A DNA stretch of 57,781 bases, the filler included, from Platydemus manokwari (Eukaryota), in assembly GCA_037951405.1 (NCBI GenBank). It is 5 parts of 5 records of this genome, joined end to end, with 100 filler letters (N's around TTAATTAATTAA, not from the genome) between each part and the next. Parts side by side here need not be neighbours in the genome. Positions count along the whole stretch, not along the records: positions 43,683 to 57,781 come from JBBMOY011533634.1; 4 more parts are not named here. One strand, 5' to 3'. Below, piece after piece: positions 52,101 through 57,781 of the stretch. Numbering within the stretch: the stretch's first letter is position 1; each line of letters starts with the position of its first letter. The notes under the pieces are model-generated. The model did no database searches, was not told the DNA's origin, and worked only from the letters and a program-made list of their open reading frames with translations. Both the position numbers and the translations under genes were made by a program.

Positions 52101-53977
52101 AAGGTATAAATGATAATGTACTAAAATGCAATGAATAAAAGTAAAATAGAACAAAATAAAATGTATTGACGATCAAAATTAATAATCTGAGTACAATAAA
52201 TTTTAATTATATAAAGCGGTGTTCGCTATTGTGGGAGCAAAGAGTGTAAGTCAAAAAAACAGTAAAGGGCGTACCGCTTAGGTGCTCAGGTAAGCTTCTT
52301 GTGACAGAAATGAAGGTGGGGATCTTTAAGTGTAACTTATAGATTTTAGAAGATCACAAGGCTAAAACTAGTCGTGAGTCGAGTTTTAATTAAACAGTGA
52401 ACAAATCTACTTGTAGGATGCATAATAAAATTCTTTAAAATCTGTGGATCAAAATTGGCATGTAATTATATAATAGCTTCGGAATTGAGCTTCGTCAAAA
52501 TTTTCCTACAATTTTATATTGAGTCGAAATCGTGATAAGTCAAAGTGAGATGATTGTTTGTTGCTCTCTGCTTTTGTACTACTTTGTGGATTATTATGAG
52601 TTATGTATCTTTGTTGCTATTTTTGGTATTATTCAATGCTTAGTAGCATATGTTACTAATTTTAGTATATGTACAGCATATGTAACTATTTTTAGTTCTA
52701 GTTTATATTAAATTTTGTTTATATGTTGCGCGTGGTTGTTGATTTATTATTGAATGATGGTTCGTTTTTATTTAATTATTTGGCGCGATTTAACCTAAAC
52801 TCACTGGTCCTAAAGGGGCTTCAACAACTGGTATTGGAGACCAAGCTGTTGGAAATCAAATTTAATATGTTGCGTTCAGATTGTAGCACAGAGAATGCGT
52901 TGTCTCTCTGGGCCTAGAATGATATGAGATTCAAAATTAATTTGATATGTGAAGTTTACAATAATTCGAATCGTTAATAATTATAATTGTAGTGAGAATA
53001 AAACTTGTGTTTTCAAAAATATTTATTTAAGAAAATGAGGATAACAATTAATATGAAAAATGAACACAAAAATTTGAGCTAATATCTCGTACCTCGCCTC
53101 AGCGATTAACGAGTAATCCGGTATACGGACGGAGATTGTTACTGATACGGAGAGAAGATGTAATTTATAGAGTCAATAAATTCATATAACTTTAATTATG
53201 TTCATGCTATTAAAATTATGATTAAATTAAGTTATTAGACAAATGAATGATAAAATTGTGCAGACAAAAGCTGAAACCTTACTGTGCTTGTAGTGGCACT
53301 CTGCGGAATTCCAATATATATAAGAAAAATCCTCGGACAGCTGTCGATTGTTTCGAATATCTGCTTATCAAAATCCAAATGCGATGTCGTCGACAATATA
53401 GCTTCTATAATTTTCTTTCTGCAAAGAGTTATTCAAACCAGCTGCGCGTGTATGACAATTAACCTGTATCCGCCTTACAAAGATCACAAATGTCGATAAT
53501 TTTGAAATATGTCAATGATGATTAAATCAGCGTTTTTTTTCGGCTATTCTGTTTTCTCGCACTTCTGATTTTTTGTGGTTTCAGTCGTGTTGTGTGGTTT
53601 TTATTGTGGTGGTGCTATGATCAACGTCGTTATTTAAGAATCATAAATAAAATACAATTTATATAAATGATAATAAAACGCTAATGTTTATTACTAGAAT
53701 AAAAGTAAACGACCAAAGCAAAAGCCAATGTTTATTAATTAGAGCAATTAATTAGTTATTGATCACGTTAATCAGTTATGGATCACGATCGTCACGATAA
53801 TTGCATTGTTGGCACAATTGACTGTTATTGTTGATGGGATTCAATATTTGTTTTATCGACAGCAGGTCAGTCCACACTCAGGTTCAATGTATATTTTTAA
53901 GGGTATAACATATGTACAGATATTAGCAGGGTGTATATGTTTATAGGATGTTTGTAGAGTGCGTGTTAGAAGAGCAT

Positions 53978-54110
53978 TGTATGTTAGAAGGATATTTATA
54001 TTAGTAGGGATTTTGAGTAAATGTATGTTAAAAAAGGTATTTATATTAGTAGGGATTTTGAGTAAATATGTTTGTAGGGAGTTTGAGGGTGTATAGAGTG
54101 AGGGTGTATA
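53978..54110. repeat. 44-45 bp tandem repeat (2 copies plus partial) and a doubled GAGGGTGTATA; candidate Polinton subterminal/TIR sequence
   Basis: TGTATGTTA...TATTTATATTAGTAGGGATTTTGAGTAAA at 53978-54021 and 54022-54066. Confidence 0.7.
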
Positions 54111-54114
54111 CCCA

Positions 54115-56135
54115 ACAAAACGAATCTAAAATTCTTGAATCTTTCAAGCTAAAGCCTAAGAAAATTTTTACCTTTATGATTATATAAGGGGGAATAATTT
54201 TAGAGAAGTAGATTCTCTATTAATGAGAGAAAATAATGTAAATAATAATATTTCTATTAAACATGCATCCTTCTTTTCAAGCATAGATCAATGTGGAATT
54301 TCGGATGATGATTATGAAATTTTTAAAAATGATTTTATAAATTTGAAAGAAAACATGCTGGTTTACATGAAAACAGATGTATTATTTTTAACATATTTCT
54401 TTGAGAAATTCAGAGATACCTGCTTGGATCATTATGGGATAGATCCTGCCTATTGTTATAATACAACCGGATTATCATGGCAACTGGTTTAAAATATTCA
54501 AAAGTTAAACTAAAATATTTTAAACCAGAAAAATATAATCAATTATTATTAATCGAGAAAGGAATTCATGTAGGAATAAGTTTAGTTCATGGAAATAGAA
54601 AAGTCATTTCAAATAATGGAATAACAAATAAAAATTTTTGATAATTATTATGAACCAGAAAAACACGAATGGGATCAAATAATTAATAATTTTAAAAAAA
54701 GGTAATTCTAACATGTCGCATTATTTTAAGGAAAAAGTGTCTAAATATTATAATGCTAATTCCTTATATGCAACATGTATGTGTTCACCACTACCAACGG
54801 GTGAAATTGAAGAAGTCGATACTATATATGAAAGGACAACTTATGATGAAGAGGGATTTATTTATAAGGTTAATATGGATTATCCAAAAGAAATTCATAA
54901 CAAAACCAAATATTTACCGCTTTGTCCGGAGAAATTTAAAGTTAATGATAAACTATTATCAGACTTTCAGTTAAACAATAGATCTAATGTTCTAAAAGAT
55001 GGAACTGGGGTTTATTCAGAAAAATTAATGTTAAATAAATTTAATAAAAAAGATTATATAGTAGAAGGTTCTCTCTTAGATTATTTCTTAGATCAGTGAA
55101 TGATTTTAACAAAGGTTCACAAAAAACTTAAGTTAAAAAAATCCAGATGGCTAGAGGGCTATATTATGCACAATACAGAGCAAAGAACTCTAGCTAAGAA
55201 GAGAGGGGACAAGTTTGGGGAGGAATTCTTTAAACTTTTAAATAATTCCTTTTATGGAAAAACGTAAGAAGACGTTAGGAAAAGATTGAATATTTCTATC
55301 CTTTCATAAGATAGAGAATTTCAATTGCTAACGTCTAAAATGACGTTTAAAAGGGCAAAGATATTCTCCCCACAAATAGCAGCACTTCATATGAAAAAAC
55401 CCACGATAAAGTTTGATAAATTTAATTATGTGTGTTTTTTCATTCTGGAATATTCTAAATTAATTATGTATAAATTTGTTTATGATATTTTAGATAAATT
55501 ATTTAAGGATAAATATAAGATCCATTTCGGAGACATCGGCAGTTTATTTATCGAATTTATTTTGGATTTTAATGAAACATGGTAAGATGTAGAGGATAAA
55601 TTAAAACCATATATAGGAAATGATTAAGGAATGTTCAAAGATGAAGTTCCTAATGAAACTATGAAAACTCAATATTTTATCTTATTTACAACAAAATGAA
55701 GTTGATTATGATAAAATATTAGTAGAACAACCTACAGGAAAAATATTAGATGATTTTAAGAACAAAATGAATGGCTGTAGGAATTATAATAGAAAACAAT
55801 TAAAAATATTAATAGATGATTATAAAAAAACATTAAATCCAGAAATAAAAAATATTTTAAAAAATACTATAATAACATTATTTAATGAAATAATAAACGA
55901 ATATAATAGGGCGTTAACTGAGAACATAAGAACAGTTAACCGTGGCTTAAGGTCTAATCTTCATAAAATTGAAGTTTACGAACAGGAAAAAATAGGACTA
56001 TCACCATTTTACGATAAGAGACTTATCGAAAATTATGGGATATTGACCTGGCCACAAGGTCATCAAATAAAATGTGGTGTATGTGGTGAATGGGTTCTAA
56101 AGCTAGAACAAATAAAAGGAACTCATAATTGTTGA
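54115..56135 (+). pseudogene. Protein-primed family B DNA polymerase (pPolB) of Polinton type, 5'-truncated, with stops and frameshifts
   Basis: VYMKTDVLFLTYFFEKFRDTCLDHYGIDPAY (exoIII region), YNANSLYATCM..PLPTG (motif A), FKLLNNSFYGKT (motif B), IHFGDIGSLF (decayed YxDTDS), GMFKDE, KIGLSPFYDKR. Confidence 0.93.
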
Positions 56136-56308
56136 TAAACTTTGTTAATTACATTGTTAAAATCTTTGTGATGACATTGTTGAGAAAGTTTGTTAATTAA
56201 GAAAGTTCGTTATTTAGATATTTAGTTTACGTTGTATTTATTTAGATAATTAGATTGAAGATGGTGGGATAAAAACTAAACATTGGTCTAACCACTGTAA
56301 ATAATTAT

Positions 56309-56820
56309 TTATAATCTCTGTCTCTTTAACATATTCACTTTAAAAATTTTTGCTTTTAATATTTGATTATTTATCATTTTTAAAATAATTTTATTACCTT
56401 TTCCTATGTATTCTCTAGCTTCTAACGGTTGAAGATTTCTCCAATTGAAACATTGATAAATATTTTGTTCCTTTGTTAAATCAAATTTAGTTACAAGTAA
56501 AACTTGATCAATTTCCCAATAACTTCTATAATTATCCCAAGACATATTTTAATTTAATTGATATTCTATCTATCTTTCTAATTTATCAATTGAACAACCT
56601 AAATATTGCACTGATTTATAAGATTTATTATCAATTAAAGAATTTCGAATATTATTTGATATACTTTTTCTAAATTTATATTGTGGATCAGATTGGTATC
56701 TATTGTTCTGGTATTCAACTTGTTTTTTGTGAAGACATGATTTACATTGATTTCTAACAGGGTAAAAGTCATAAATATTTTTAATACATAAACAATAAGT
56801 ACGTTCTTTATAACTTTTTA
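56309..56820 (-). pseudogene. HNH/endonuclease VII-like nuclease with N-terminal Cys cluster (phage/NCLDV type)
   Basis: A single frame with two premature stops: ...RNQCKSC...YQSDPQYKFRKSISNNIRNSL...YLGCSIDKLER*IEYQLN*NMSWDNYRSYWEIDQVLLVTKFDLTKEQNIYQCFNWRNLQPLEAREYIGKGNK. Confidence 0.8.
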
Positions 56821-56882
56821 AACTCGCTTTAAATCAAACCTTTATTTAAAACACAACTAATATTATTCTCCCCTGTCTTTGT

Positions 56883-57517
56883 TCAGAAAAATTTCTTATC
56901 CATCCCTTCGGTAAAAATAGTAACATTATTTGGTTTTCTTAGATCAAGGAAAGAAGCTTTCAATATTTTAATATAATTAGTATTTGTAGGATTATACCAT
57001 TTTGTTCTAATTCCCCAAGTTTTTTCTCTATCATCCCTATAAATTCTGCTTCTGTTTTTCCTTTTATGAATTTCAAATTTTTAAATTTTTCTGATATTAA
57101 TGTTATTTCTTTTTCATTTATTTTTTTATTATTATTTACCAGTGTAATTATTGATTTACATAAAAAATCAATTTTATTAATAGAATTTTCAATACTCTGT
57201 TTGTTTTCTTTTCAAATCCTCAAGTTTTTATTAAATTTTTTATTAGTTTCACCAATTTCTTTTTTAATTTTATCAACTTCAAATTTTAATTCATCCCTAA
57301 TTTTTTCAAGATATTTCATATTAACAGCATCTGTTTCATTTTCAGGATCACCCAGGTTTGTTATTTTATAATTGTTTAACTCTAAATTACCCTTCATACT
57401 ATCACCCCCATTATTAATATATTTTCTATCATAAATCCGTTCTTTAGTAAAAAGCATGTCTTGAACATCTATCATATTGTTTACTGAACTACTATCAAAC
57501 TTATGAACCATAGACAT
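56883..57517 (-). pseudogene. Polinton accessory gene with fibre/adhesin neck-like motif followed by coiled coil (intact ORF 57212-57517, probable frameshifted continuation)
   Basis: GGDSMKGNLELNNYKITNLGDPENETDAVNMKYL followed by heptad-rich EKIRDELKFEVDKIKKEIGETNKK. Confidence 0.55.
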
Positions 57518-57543
57518 TCTTTATAAATATTTGCAGATATTTT

Positions 57544-57780
57544 TTAGTGTAAAATTCGTTGAAGTATTCGTTGAAGTTGATTTGTCATATTATAAATAAT
57601 ATAATCAAATCTTAATCCTTTATCTCAACAATATAAAACATACATAGATAATTGTCCACATAAGTTTCCTTCGGTTTGTATTTGAATTTTATTATAGGTT
57701 AGTTTGTCTTTATGAAGAAAATTATAAACTTCTTTAGTTGGTAAAATTCCATAAGGATCGAAATAAATGTTATGAGATCG
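57544..57780 (-). pseudogene. Adenain-like (C5) cysteine maturation protease of Polinton, C-terminal half; absent from the ORF track
   Basis: RSHNIYFDPYGILPTKEVYNFLHKDKLTYNKIQIQTEGNLCGQLSMYVLYC*DKG, matching YFD.(F/Y)G..P..E...YN..Q.Q....CG with catalytic Asp, oxyanion Gln and Cys. The catalytic His would lie outside the window. Confidence 0.82.
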
Positions 57781-57781
57781 G

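Larger units (their letters stand above)
53900..57781. mobile_element. Decayed endogenous Polinton/Maverick (adintovirus-like) element, continuing beyond the window
   Basis: Intronless cluster of protein-primed PolB, HNH nuclease, fibre-like gene and adenain-type protease. Confidence 0.9.

Noticed and set aside
53978-54066. Direct repeats considered as a CRISPR array (also 50030-50150)
   Set aside because: Only 2-4 adjacent units without unique spacers, no cas genes, eukaryotic context.
54115-57780. In-frame stops in viral genes as a sign of an alternative genetic code or readthrough
   Set aside because: All three stop types occur together with frameshifts and decayed catalytic motifs, while host genes read cleanly in the standard code. 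This is ordinary pseudogenisation.

Overview
Very AT-rich eukaryotic (animal-type) genomic DNA from a compact genome with tiny GT-AG introns (about 45-60 nt). The window is several contigs joined by N spacers. Four of these are 100 bp and carry an artificial TTAATTAATTAA six-frame-stop linker, so adjacency across them is not guaranteed. Host genes: an intronless divergent rhodopsin-type GPCR, RPL5, a lebercilin (LCA5)-like ciliary coiled-coil gene (5' partial), a CAP/SCP (GLIPR1/PI16-like) gene, a partial orphan spliced gene and the 5' half of polybromo-1 (PBRM1). Between them is a transposon graveyard: hAT MITEs, two mariners, a Merlin derivative, several gypsy relics and a TRIM-like unit. 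The most notable feature is at the right end: a decayed endogenous Polinton/Maverick (adintovirus-like) dsDNA virus. It comprises a protein-primed PolB, an HNH nuclease of the type seen in phages and giant viruses, a fibre/adhesin-neck-like gene and an adenain-type maturation protease, with a minor capsid (penton) relic about 3.5 kb upstream. There is also an unclassified three-copy repeat family made of a decayed beta-rich ORF plus a conserved non-coding tail. All homology calls come from motif recognition by eye; no database search was run.
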